Shown here: piece by piece, positions 25,359-37,785 of the stretch
How positions within the stretch are numbered: position 1 is the stretch's first letter
Layout of the letters: each line of letters begins with the position of its first letter
Assembly (NCBI RefSeq): GCF_006345805.1
Contig: NC_043020.1
Location: 24,552,001 to 24,616,000 of the forward strand
Source of the DNA: Octopus sinensis
Taxonomy: Eukaryota
Length of the DNA: 64,000 bases
Direction of reading: 5' to 3'
The notes under the pieces: model-generated
Told to the model about the DNA's origin: nothing
Database searches by the model: none
What the model saw: only the letters and a program-made list of their open reading frames with translations
Position numbers and translations under genes: made by a program

Positions 25359-25408
25359 CTAGAAAAAAGAGAAAAATAGAAACAAAATTAGTAACAAATA
25401 CAATATAT

Positions 25409-25458
<50 letters not shown>

Positions 25459-25461
25459 TAT

Positions 25462-25497
<36 letters not shown>

Positions 25498-25549
25498 ATA
25501 TACACACACATATATACACATACAGATATATATATATATAATACATGTA

Positions 25550-25766
25550 CTCTTTTACTTGTTTCAGTCCTTTGACTGGGGCCATGCTGGAGCACCGCCT
25601 TTAGTCGAGCAAATCGACCCCGGGACTTATTCTTTGTAAGCCCTGTACTTACTCTATCGGTCTCTTATGCCGAACCGCTAGCTGACGGCGACGTAAACAC
25701 ACCAGCAACGGTTGTCAAGCAATGCTAGGGGTACAAACACAGACACACAAACATGCACACACACAC

Positions 25767-25770
<4 letters not shown>
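25550..25770 (-). mobile_element. SINE family A, 3' half
   Basis: cttttacttgtttcagtcctttgactggggccatgctggagcaccgcc... Confidence 0.8.
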
Positions 25771-25842
<72 letters not shown>

Positions 25843-26436
25843 TAAGATAGGTTGTAATGCAATACCGTATACTTTAATATATACAAAACGCACAACTATA
25901 GAAGGATAGGTTTTAATTGCTGAGCCAAGCAGCGGAATGACTCAAGGGTGTGGAGTTTCGTATGATAGCGCTATTCAAACTTCCTCGGCACGACCTTTGA
26001 GTCACTAGTCGCTTCTGCTTTAGATATTCCTTAAACCACATCCTATACATATAAGTGAGAGAATTTTAGTTCAGTTAGATCGGGACAAAATTTTATTGTG
26101 GTGGTCATGGCTGGAACGCTTTGGGTCATAGGCCCTCTGAAATAATGCCAGCCAGAGGGTTGGCTACATAACAATGACAGCAATACCGTTATCTTCACCA
26201 CCAGTAGTAGCATTTGTCACCACCACCTTCAACAAAAACTTTGCCACCAACAACGCCACCATCATCAATGCAACCAACACCGTCCTCGCCAACATCATCA
26301 TCATAACCAACATAACGAAGTTAACAACCGCCGAAACCGACAGCACAGCTTTCATCAACAAAATCATCAGCATCACCGACGTCACCACTAACACCACCGC
26401 CAACACTATAGTAAAACCAGCATGACTACCAGCGTG

Positions 26437-26680
26437 GAGGCGCGTGACTTAGTGTTTAGGGTGTTGGACTCATGACTGTAAGATTGTGGTTTCGATTCCT
26501 GGATCGGCCGATGCGTTGTTTTCTGCGGCAAAACACTTCATGTTGTTCCAGTTTATTCAGCTGGCAAAGAAAGAAGTATTCCTGTTATGGTCCAGCGTCC
26601 CGTTCGCGTGGTGTGTGGGATATATATGTCACAGGTTCCGGGAAACCGGCCTTATGATCCTATGGCTCGGGAATGATCTT
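26437..26680 (+). mobile_element. tRNA-derived SINE related to 7104-7412
   Basis: ggaggcgcgtgacttagtgtttaggg...ggtttcgattcc...cagcgtccc...gggaaaccgg. Confidence 0.65.
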
Positions 26681-27229
26681 TGATGATCACTATAACCAGT
26701 AGAAACACCAACACTGCTACAACCACCACTAACTTTGCCATATCCTGTACCAACATTGTCACTACCATCAACACGACCACCACTACCATCACCAATATCA
26801 CCGCTAGCAACAACAGTATTAACCTACATCACCCTCAATGCACCGATCACAACTTCGCCCAACCCCCCATACCATTATCATCATCATCACCTCTACCATT
26901 CCCACTTGCACATATGTTGTAGATATAATATCAAGCTCGGTTTAGGAAGGTCTTTCCTGCTTTCGGTGGTAATGTTCTTTAGATCAGCAGTGATTCGCTG
27001 GGCGGGGGGATTGTTAGTATGAATGGCCTGTGTAGGCCATACTTCCAGGTAGACGAGGAGACCCATCCTGAATAATTGCACATCAATGTTTCTAGGAGTG
27101 GTGAGTGAAAAGGGAAGTGAAGGAGGATTGTGGTCGAATGCTTGCCAGAGCTAGAATTCCGCTAGAGGCATCCCAGCACCAGATGGTGATGTTAAAGTAC
27201 AGCAGTGAGTTAGGGAGCAGCTCCCAAAG

Positions 27230-27535
27230 GAACTATACATCCGACTGCCCCAGGAAAGAATTGGCTAAGTAACTTGGTTGGTTCTGGATTCCCTGCGAAA
27301 AGGGGGGAAAACGATTGGAATGCCGTTGGTCATCGATCTGTCTGATTTATCTCTACTGTTGATCATATGTTTCAACAGCTCATCAGCGAGTGACTACGGC
27401 TACAGTGTCCAGGCTATACAGCCTCGATTGTAGCTGACCGCCAGATGTGGTCAGCATTCGTGAGAGACGTGGTGAAGTCGTTGGTCCAAGCGGCACAAAC
27501 CCACTCCAAGTGAATACCACTACAAATTCGAGTAG
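27230..27535 (+). mobile_element. RTE-type LINE 3' remnant
   Basis: ...ADRQMWSAFVRDVVKSLVQAAQTHSK*, resembling the recalled RTE terminal motif DRxxWxxxVRDVVNSIGDA. Confidence 0.6.
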
Positions 27536-28801
27536 GCACAAATATTGTTTCGCAGTAGACAGTCCTGGAGTTAAAACGCAACAACTACAATACAGAAACA
27601 AAAAGATCAATGGTTGGAGGCGTTAACCCAGGAGACATGTTATGACAACTATCTAAAATGAACTGTGATAAAGAAGCGTCAAACCCCATCTGATGGTGTT
27701 AAATTGGGCGCCGTATTTGACCTACCATTATTAAAGCCGAAACGAGTCAATTTTCCTTGTTTTCTCGTTTACATTATATTAATTAAATCTACCGTCTTCT
27801 TTGCCTTCTGTGGCGTCCTTTCGTGATGTCGTGTTTGTATTGTAATATTGTACGAAGTCATGATTGTCGTTCTTTCATTTTTTTTTGTCTTTCAAAATGA
27901 TTCATTACACAATTACACAATTACATAATCACATAATTACATATTTCGCTAATTAATTAGTGCCATGGTTAGCTACAGGTTAACAAGACGGAAAAACAAA
28001 AACGACAGCGAACTTCCATTTCCAATTATGTATTGGAAATGTTGGTTTTCTGCTAGAAAACTAAATTACATTCAATGATGTGCTATACAAGCAGATATAA
28101 TACAGGGGCAGACATTTTATGTAGAAGCGATATATACTAATATGTGTGTGTATGTATAAATATATATATATATATTACACGTGCGTGTCTTTTTGTGCAA
28201 AAACAAGTGTTCAATATGTAAATATACCAGGAATATGTTATTGTATAACGTGTGTGGATAGATAGATAAATAGATAGATAGATAGATAGATAGATGGTGT
28301 GTGTGTGTGTGTCTGTGTGAGAGAGAGAGAGAGAGAGAGGGAGAGATGACGATAGACAGACATACAGGTAGAGGGATGGACTAGCAGATAGACAGATAGA
28401 TTCTAATGCAAACACTACATTCATAAAAACTGATGTGTATATGTGTATGTGTGTGTGTAGACATATATGTATGAGTATGTATGAATATGCACATGTATAA
28501 AGTCAATTAGTCACAGATGTACGCCGGAGCAAACAGACAGACAGACAGATAGATAGACAAGCAAAGAGATAGTGAGACCGATAAGTTCCGATGGATGTGA
28601 ACATGTTAAATAATTGTTGGAATCCATTCGCACAGCATGTAAGTATGAAAATATGAATTTGTGCATTATGTGTTAACCTAATAGTGAGCCACGAGTGTGC
28701 GTATAAGGCATTTCAATACGTATGAATGTGTGTGAAAGTTACTGGTGTCTTACGATTCACAATGGCGGTTGATGAACGCATCTCTCTCTCTATCTCTCCC
28801 G

Positions 28802-28861
<60 letters not shown>

Positions 28862-29219
28862 CACAGTCACCAATACAGTAGCATTATCACTGGCCATATT
28901 CCAGCAGTTTAACAATAGAGAGAATAGACAAAGTAGAGGTGGATAGCCATTTGGAGAAAAACTGCGATAAATTTACAGTTTTAAGAATTGGATTACGGCC
29001 ATGCTGTGGCAGTACCTGCAGGGTGTTTCTGAAGATTTTATTGATTCATATACGTATTTCAGTCTGGTACGGTTTATTTTATAGGTATATGTTCGTCGAG
29101 TCGTTTCGTTAGGAGACAGAAAAAGCCATAAAATGAAGATGGCCTCTTTTAAATGTGCAAACATGAACACAGCATCACACATTCTCGTTCATGCGCACGC
29201 GCGCATGTGTGTGTGTTTG

Positions 29220-29371
29220 GTTTCGAGTTCAGTCCTAGTGCGTGATAAGTCTCTTCTACTATAGCTTTGGGCGGACCAAAGCTTTGTGAATGGATTTGGT
29301 AGATGGAAACAAAGAAACCGGTTGTATATGTATATATATGTTTATATATATATATATATATATACATATTT

Positions 29372-29414
<43 letters not shown>

Positions 29415-29450
29415 ATATATATTATATATATATATATGTATACATATGTT

Positions 29451-29520
<70 letters not shown>

Positions 29521-29722
29521 TTGTGTGTTGCGTAGCTGTCCTCCACCATCGCTTAACAGGTGTTGATGTGGTTACATACCCATAACTTAGCGGTTAGGCA
29601 AGACATCGATGGAATAGGTACCAGGCTTTAAAAAATGTACTGGGGTCGATTTATTCAACTAAAAATTCTTCAAGGCGGTGCATCAGCATGACAACAGTCT
29701 AATGACTGAAACAAGCAAATGA
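29220..29722 (+). mobile_element. SINE family A with expanded internal (TA)n
   Basis: 5' and 3' halves separated by about 200 nt of TA/TG repeats. Confidence 0.75.
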
Positions 29723-29734
29723 TATATATATATT

Positions 29735-29925
29735 GCTGGCATGCTGGACGAAATGCTTAGCGGTATTTCGTCCGTCGCTACGTTCCGAGTTCTATTTCCA
29801 CCGAGGTCAACTTTGCCTTTCATCCTTTTGGGAGCGATAAGTTAAGTACCAGTGAAACACAGGTGTCGATATAATTGACTAACCCACTCCCATCTACTTT
29901 CTGGCCTTATGCCTGTATCAGAAAG
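29735..29925 (+). mobile_element. SINE family C
   Basis: gaaatgcttagcggtatttcgtccgtcgctacgttccgag...ggccttatgcc. Confidence 0.75.
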
Positions 29926-29971
29926 GACTATTATTATTATTATCATTATTATTATCATTATTATTATCATT

Positions 29972-30004
<33 letters not shown>

Positions 30005-30838
30005 TTCATCATCATCATCATCATCATCATCATCGTTCGACGCATACCCTATTTCAAATTATACTATATATGAAAAATATGACTGATTGGTCATAGCTGG
30101 AATATCTTGCGTCTCTTAAGACTGTTCCTCTACATCAGGGGACAAGCTCTCGGCGAAACAGTAAATGTAACAACAGCATATCTCATATTTTCAGTCCCTG
30201 ACTAAATTAAATATTTTCTGCCTTCTCTCACTACTCTCGAAATTTTCACGCGCAAAGTTTATGTTTACCGGAATCAGACGTAGTTAACTTCCGGTGGCTT
30301 CGTAGACTTAAAAATTGAGGTGTTAAATACGAAATTACAAAAAAAAAAACGAACAGAAGGAAATGCAGAACGTAGCTAGGTTTTGTGCAATTCTCACCTC
30401 TCAAGCCTTAATTTCTGGACAGAAAGTCAGACAGCTCGCGACCGGTCAGCTGGTCATCCGGTCATAATGACGTTAATTCGTTGCTAGATCTGTTCAATTG
30501 ATTTTTTAATTAGGGGACTTCGCTGTCCCCCAATTGTCCTAATCATCGGACAATTGTACGGTCAGCAATATGTAATCATTTCATACAAGGGGGTGAGGGC
30601 AGTTAATGTAACAGTCAGCTCCAGCTGATGTTTGTCTAAAGTGATGGCGCTGGTGGTGGTGGTGTTGGAGGTGGTGATGGTTATAATTTTCGGGAAAAAT
30701 CTGAAGGTAGTGATGTTGATGATGATGATGATAGTGCTGCTGTTGATGATGGAGCGAATGGGAGGAGGGGAGTTGGTGGAGGTTTTAAAGATGGCAATGT
30801 CGAGGAAGGGGAGGTAACCGTTAATGATGAATGGAAAA

Positions 30839-31145
30839 AGCGCGTGGCTTAGTGGTTAGGGCATTCGCCTCACGACCGTAACGACGTGAGTTCGATTCTT
30901 GGAGGTGCATTGTGTCCTTGAAAAAGACTATTTTCACGTTGTTCCAGGGTCCACTCAGCTGGCAAAAATGAGTTATACCAGTATTTCAAAGGAGCCAGCC
31001 TTGTCACATTCTGTGTCACACTGAATCTTCCTAAGAACTACATTGAGGGTTCATGTGTCTGGAGTACTCAGCCACTTGTATGCTATTGTCATGCAGAGGC
31101 TGTTTCGTTGATCGGATCAATTGGACTATTCAGTGTCATAATCGT
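30839..31145 (+). mobile_element. SINE family B
   Basis: gcgcgtggcttagtggttagggcattcg...gagttcgattc...cagctggcaaaaatgag. Confidence 0.8.
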
Positions 31146-31305
31146 CGGCGTGCTGGGGATGAAAGTAGAATATTGTGGTGGAGATGGAGCTGGAGGTGAA
31201 AATTTATGACGAGGCGATGTTGGAGGTTATTGTGACGGAGGTGTTGGTGGTGACAATGTTTTATAACGCTGATGAAGGTGGTGATAGTTATGATGATGAT
31301 GTTGG

Positions 31306-31334
<29 letters not shown>

Positions 31335-31336
<2 letters not shown>

Positions 31337-31488
31337 GGCGTCACTATGTAGTACGAAGTTTGCTTCCCAACCACATGGTTCGGGTTCGGTCCCACAGTGT
31401 GTTACCTTGGGCAAATGTCTACTATAGCTTTGGGCCAACCAAAGACTTCCCAGTGGATTTGGTAGGCAGAAACCGATAGAAGCCTGTC
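31335..31488 (+). mobile_element. SINE family A, 5' half
   Basis: tttgcttcccaaccacatggttcgggttcggtccc...ttgggcaaatgtct. Confidence 0.75.
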
Positions 31489-31673
31489 AAGCGTGCGCGC
31501 GTGTATATATACATACACTAAGAGGAGGGATATAATGGCCAAGCAGACATCAAGTTTCTCTGAGTAAAGTGCCAAGGCTTGTCCCTTCAGATGCGTTCTT
31601 TGTTTTTGTTTTTTGGTAAACTTCCTTTAGCTCCCATCCGAAGTTACAGTTTATTTCTTCGTTTCTTAGATTG

Positions 31674-31733
<60 letters not shown>

Positions 31734-31734
31734 A

Positions 31735-31933
31735 CCGCGTGTGTACCGTTGGCGATTTTTTTCCTCTGTCTTCCCTTCCTTGGATCTTTCCTTTTCCTAG
31801 GTTTCTGACGAAGAGTTCCGCTCGAAACGTTAAATCCTCCTTCTTTCCTTCCATTCCTGAGCGTCCAATAATACTATACTTGTTCCACGTCCTCGCGTTG
31901 TTGTGCTTTCTCTTTGTGTTTTCATGTTTGGAT

Positions 31934-31938
<5 letters not shown>
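31735..31938 (+). mobile_element. Short hammerhead-bearing repeat bounded by (TA)n
   Basis: About 200-nt pyrimidine-rich unit flanked on both sides by (TA)n, containing the 31800-31836 motif. Confidence 0.4.
31800..31836 (+). ncRNA. Minimal type I hammerhead motif
   Basis: GGUUU CUGACGA A GAG UUCCG CUC GAAAC GUU AAAUC. Stem I 5 bp with one G-U, extra A after A9, stem II 3 bp, palindromic ACGU helix III. Confidence 0.6.
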
Positions 31939-32000
<62 letters not shown>

Positions 32001-32211
32001 TAAAATAAAAATTCAGATGGAATCGGGTTCTTGAAAAAATATACACCAGATTGGGTTGGATAAACCTGTTTTTTGGCCTATTGATGGTTAGTATCGAAAA
32101 GGATATTGCGGTTGGGTACACAATGGAAATCAACCCTATGATTATTTATCGCTTTGGAGCTGGTCCAAATTACACGTTAGTTGAACTGTACGTTGTTGGT
32201 ATACTCTAGGG

Positions 32212-32473
32212 CAGTGCTTCTCAAACTATCTGATATGGCCTGACGGCAGTTTTTTTTTTTTTTTTACCAATGTACTAGGGACCGGTAATATTTCTTAGAA
32301 ATATTAATTTATGCCGGGAACAATTCATATAATGAATATAATAAAAGTTGACAATTTTTTAAACTCTTAGACAAGTAATAAATTATTACATAAAGCATTT
32401 TGTAATATTTGTTTCTTTTCTGGAAAATCGCCGCATACCAGCGGTCCGTGGACCACCACTTTCAGGAGCACTG
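32212..32473. mobile_element. hAT-type MITE
   Basis: Imperfect TIRs cagtgcttctcaaa / tttcaggagcactg and a perfect 8-bp TSD ctctaggg (32204-32211, 32474-32481). Confidence 0.85.
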
Positions 32474-32590
32474 CTCTAGGGTGTCCGACAAGTCTTAAAT
32501 CCCCTTGGTGTATTATAATCAAATGAATAATGACAGACGATGGATAGTTGTCTGTTATTATTTCATTTGATTATATATATATGTGTGTGT

Positions 32591-32633
<43 letters not shown>

Positions 32634-32639
32634 TATCTT

Positions 32640-32825
32640 TTTGCTTGTGTTTGTCCCTCTCCATCATTTGACAACCGCTGTTGGTGTGTCTACGTCCCCG
32701 TAACCTAACAGTTCGGTAAAAGTAACTGACAGAATAAGTACCTGGCTTAAAAAGTTGATTCATTCGCCTAAAAATTCTTCAAGACGTTGCTCCAGCATGA
32801 CCACAGTGTAACGACTACAAGACAT
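32640..32825 (+). mobile_element. SINE family A, 3' half
   Basis: tttgacaaccgctgttggtgtgtctacgtccccgtaacc...ctccagcatgacc. Confidence 0.7.
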
Positions 32826-32884
32826 ACACACACGTAGTTATAAATAAACACATACGTCAATTTGCACAACAACATACACACACA

Positions 32885-32921
<37 letters not shown>

Positions 32922-33379
32922 CAGTATGCAGAGAGGCATAGAAAGATCTGTGTACATCTGTAGACGCCAAACGTAATTAATGTTTCACGTCACATTATAT
33001 TCCTTCACCTCTCACTACACCTCACAGACCCCCACTTCCCGCAATTCTCGTTCATTCTCGCTTCATTCTCGCTTCATTTCGGAAACTCATCCCGGTCGCA
33101 ACAAATTTTTTTCCCGCAGTTTTGTGAGAGAGTTCGAATGAATGTATGTTTGTATAGGTGTGCGGGTAGACAAGCACTCGTACATACATACACACATACA
33201 CACATACATGCACACATACATTCATACAAACACACGTACATACATATCTTTAGCTCCGTGTATCTATATACATACACATGTTTGCATATGTGTGTGTATG
33301 CATGTATGTATGTGTGTATGAACACGCGTATATATATGAAGAGAGATACATATATGAGCATACATATATATACGCGCGC

Positions 33380-33445
<66 letters not shown>

Positions 33446-33450
<5 letters not shown>

Positions 33451-33717
33451 AATCAAGGAACGGCCATAATAGGCCATTCACCCACTAGAAATAACAGCCA
33501 AAAGCTTCAACCGCAAAATAACATCAATTCCGTAAACCAGGAGAAAATTAAAAAAACATTTACCCTAGATGAAACGGTGCATCGTATAAGAAATTACAGG
33601 GTAAATGTTTTTTAATTTTCTCCTGGTTTACGGAATTGATGTTATTTTGCGGTTGAAGCTTTTGGCTGTTATTTCTAGTGGGTGAATGGCCTATTATGGC
33701 CGTTCCTTGATTGTGAT
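33446..33717. repeat. Near-perfect fold-back element (MITE-like)
   Basis: Arms 33446-33566 and 33598-33717 (about 120 bp, differing only in one A-run length as read by eye), 31-nt spacer. Confidence 0.9.
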
Positions 33718-33825
33718 GTTGAACTTAAAAATGGTCTATGACTATTTAATTTTTTCCCACTAGGCCGCTGGTGGCAAAAAAATTCTACAAAATTTTTTGG
33801 CCACCCTATATTGATTAATTATATA

Positions 33826-34209
33826 TCTCTCTCTATATAAACGGCAGTTTGTCTGTGCGTTTTCTGTGTGTCTGTTTTCTCGTACCCTCACTCTGACCAC
33901 GGCTTTCATCCGATTCTGATGAAACTTGACACACACATAGCCCAATGTCATAATTCAAAACTAACGCAGCGAAAATTTTGAAAAGTTCTCCCAGTTCTGA
34001 AAAAAATCGATAAATTCGACATGGGGTCGAGAATCAGAAACCCAAACCACAGACCGTCTAGGGGACGCAACTCCACCTTTTTTAACTCTCAAAAAAATTT
34101 ACCATAATTTTTTTTTCCATTTTTTTGCTATTTTTTGGCTATAACTCTCTAAAAATGCTTTATAGTTATTTCCCTTACAAACCTGAGCAACGCCGGGCGA
34201 TACTGCTAG
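33826..34209 (+). mobile_element. Non-autonomous Helitron
   Basis: A|TCTCTCTCTATATAA 5' end, internal gtttgtctgt-type repeats, degenerate subterminal hairpin cctgagcaacgccggg, 3' CTAG|T, no TSD. Confidence 0.75.
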
Positions 34210-34271
34210 TATATATATATACGTATATTGATACATATCTGTCTGTATGCATATATATATATATGTTTGTG

Positions 34272-34307
<36 letters not shown>

Positions 34308-34444
34308 TATATACACGTATATGTATATATGTGTACATGTATATACGTTTAACCAGTGTGTATATATATATATATATACATAAGTATACATGTATGTAGA
34401 TACATGCATCTTTACATATGTGAAAATAATGTGCATATATAATA

Positions 34445-34482
<38 letters not shown>

Positions 34483-35324
34483 TACATCACACATATGTAT
34501 ATTCATTTGCATTTGTGTATATATATATATATTTATATGTATGTATATAAAAGTTTTCGATAATCTGGGTGCCATATTTGATTTTTCCTTCATGGTTTCG
34601 GGGTCAAGAGAGAAGAAAGGTCAGCTGACTGTCCGTTAATTTACCATTTATATTTATTAAACTTACAGGACGGGACAGCTGGTGGTGGGAGGAGGAGGAA
34701 GGTGAAGGCGGCGCTTAAGTAACGATGGCGCTGACGGTGGTAATGATGATGATGGCGACGTCGGCGGAGATGGCGGCGGCGGCGGCGCCTGATAGTGATG
34801 GCAACGGCGTTATTAATGGTGGCTCTTTTACTGATTGCTGCAGACGGTAGTGTATGGCGGATGTTGATATTGTGATGCCATTGTTATTGTTGTTGCTGTT
34901 GGTGGTGGTGGTGGTTGCGATGGTGGTGGTGTATTTGTTATTGTTGGTGGTGATGGTGATGGTGATGCTATTTTTGTTGGCGGTGTGGTTGTATTAGAAG
35001 TAATGGCGTTGATGATGATGATGGATTTTGTCTTGTTACCGATGATGGTGGCGTTGGCAACGATGTTATTGTTATGGTATCGATACCAACAGAATCGGCG
35101 TTGGTGGTACTGGTGTCAGTACCGTTAGTGGTGGTGATGATGTTCTTGCCGCGGTGGTAGTGGAGCATTGATTTAATGTTGGAGTCGGTGCTGCAGCAGC
35201 AGCAGTAGTAGCAGCGGCAGCAGCTGTAATAATAATGATAATCCTCTCTGCTATAGGCACAAGGCCTGAAATGTTGGGGGAGGCGGTAAGTCGATGTATC
35301 TGACCCTAGTACCCAGCAAAACGT

Positions 35325-35326
35325 TT

Positions 35327-35359
<33 letters not shown>

Positions 35360-35600
35360 CAGCAGCAGCTGTAGTAGCGGCCAAAGTAGTAGGTGTAGTA
35401 GTAGTAGTAGTTGTAGCAGCAGCAGCTGTAGTAGCGGCCAAAGTAGTAATAGTAGTAGTAGTAGTAGCAGCTGTAGTAGCGGCCAAAGTAGTAGTAGTAG
35501 TAGTAGTAGCAGCAGCTGTAGTATCGGCGAAAGTAGTAGTAGTAGTAGTAGTAGTAGCAGTGAAATTAGTAGTAGCAGTGAAAGTAGTAGTAGTAGTGTT
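35325..35600. repeat. Minisatellite of gcagctgtagtagcggccaaa(gta)n units (about 4)
   Basis: Direct reading. Confidence 0.85.
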
Positions 35601-37629
35601 TCCGTGGTGGTTTTGGGTATGTTAATAGTTGTGGTTATGTTGGTGTTGAAGTAGTGGTTGATGTAATATTGCGTTTGGTGGTGGTGGCGGTGGTAGTATT
35701 GGTGGTTGTGAGAACGTTGGTATTGTAATAATTGTTGATACAGTACTGGTGATAGTTTTGGCGGTAGCATTGTAGTGGTTGCCATCGGTGGTTGTTTTGG
35801 CATCAAAAGTATCGACAATGGCTACATAAATAGTAGTGATGATTGTGGTATTGGTGACAGCAGTAGTGGTGGTAGTTGTGTAAGAGGTATTTGTGGTTGT
35901 GGTAACTGGTTAGAATCATAATAGTGGCGTGTGTTAGAAGTGGTGGTGGCGGTGGAAGTGTAGGGAAAATGTGACACGGGGGGAAATCCTATCAGAGGTA
36001 GTATTGGTGGTAGTGTGTGTGTGTGGTTGTATAGTTGTGTTGGTTCGGCTGTGTTGGCACATCGCGTTTGCGGTCTCGTTGCATTAGGGACGATGTGATG
36101 GAGATCGCGGTAGTGGTGTTGGTCTCCGTGTTGATGTTTGCAGTGGTCGTGGTGGTAGTGTTGGTTGTGACACTCGTGGTAGTAGCATTGGTGGTGAGGT
36201 GTAGCAATTCTGTTGAAAGGCTGGGATTAACAAGATAGATTTCCGAATTAACAATGTAATTATATCAACATCTGTCCAGTATAGTGGCCGGCTGCATATT
36301 TGCGCGTTGACCGTTAGTGGTCTCTGAGTGGTCAGCCCAAGGAGGAGGGGCAACCGGCCAGCTATTAGAAACGAACATATGCTAATGATATGCGTGAGGG
36401 TGGAAGAGGTATATATTATAGCTATGAACGACTAATAGTTTCATACACTGGAGATATTTTCTAGGCGTATTCTTAAAACCTGTCTAAAAATACATCCAAT
36501 GCCTAGCTGCCACTGGATGGCGCACTTCTTTCGTTAATCTTACCTTTGAGGGAAAAGTGTTATCTAGCTATCTATCTCTATATATAAACCAGAGTTTAAG
36601 TGTGAATTACTATTAGTTTCCGGCTTCTGAAGATATAATGGTCGGACAAGCTTGTACAGTATGGCGTGTATTTTGTCTGACGATTGTATTTCCAGATGCA
36701 TGAAACTTATAGTAACTCGCACATAAAAATCTGCATATATTTAATGACATTTATCGCAAATTAGCTAAAGTAATTTTTTGTTGATTCTACCAATAACGTA
36801 TATAGAGGAACAGTGAGAGGAAATATAGGGAACGAGGACGTGGAAAAGAGAGAGCGAATGTGTGTGTGTGTGTGTGTGTGTGTGTAGTATAACCATTGTG
36901 TGCGTATGTTTCTCTATGTTTAAGTCGTTCAGAATTTCGCTTTGCGACCATGTCGTTTCGAGATCAATCCCGAAGAATTTCAGTTAGATTAATCGAACCC
37001 AATACTTTTCTTAAGCCTGGTACTCATTCTATCGATTTTTTTGCCGAACCGGTAAGTTACGGGGACGTAAACACATCAACACCGGTTGTCAAGCGTGGGT
37101 TGGAGGAACAAACCAAGACACAGAAACACACACAGACATATACAGAGTTTTAGTTTATACATCACTAGAATCACATCCTTTATTATGCTATGATAAATAT
37201 CCGGAATTGTTCTCTGCTATTTCCTTTATCAAGTCCTCTGTAATGTTAATTGTTTGTTTATACTTCTTGCACTGAAGTGAACAGTGATATATAATTAAAT
37301 TTAATCAAATTAATTAAATTATTCTACCATGAATTTGCATGTCTTAACATCACTGTTTGAAACGATGGAATGCACGAATTAAAATTCTTTCAAATTTTAA
37401 CATTTCTCCATTTTTAACAAATTTGTTGAGTTTTATGGGATTCCTTTCCATAAATTCACATAACATACCAAATACAAGTATTATTTTCATATTCACAGCT
37501 ACCAGCAAAATATGAAGAATCTTTATTAGAAATCATTTTTTGGAACCCTCCAAAATAAAGGACGAAATATAATTCAACCTTTTCACAAACACACAAACAC
37601 ACACACACATATACATACATGTATACACG

Positions 37630-37785
37630 ACAGTCTTCCTTCAGTTTCCGTCTACCAAATCCATTCACAAAGTTTTGGTTGGTCTGAGGGAATAGTAGAA
37701 GCCACTTTCCAAAGATGCCATGCCGTGACACTGAACCCGGAAGCATGTGGTTGAGAAGCAAGCTACTTACCACACAGCCACGCCA
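37630..37785 (-). mobile_element. SINE family A, 5' half
   Basis: cttcagtttccgtctaccaaatccattcac...ccacacagccacgcc. Confidence 0.75.

Noticed and set aside
36538-36560. Third AG|GTAAGA junction on the minus strand (ttttccctcaaag|gtaaga)
   Set aside because: AAG acceptor with a short pyrimidine tract and no downstream second donor found; could be a lone donor or chance.
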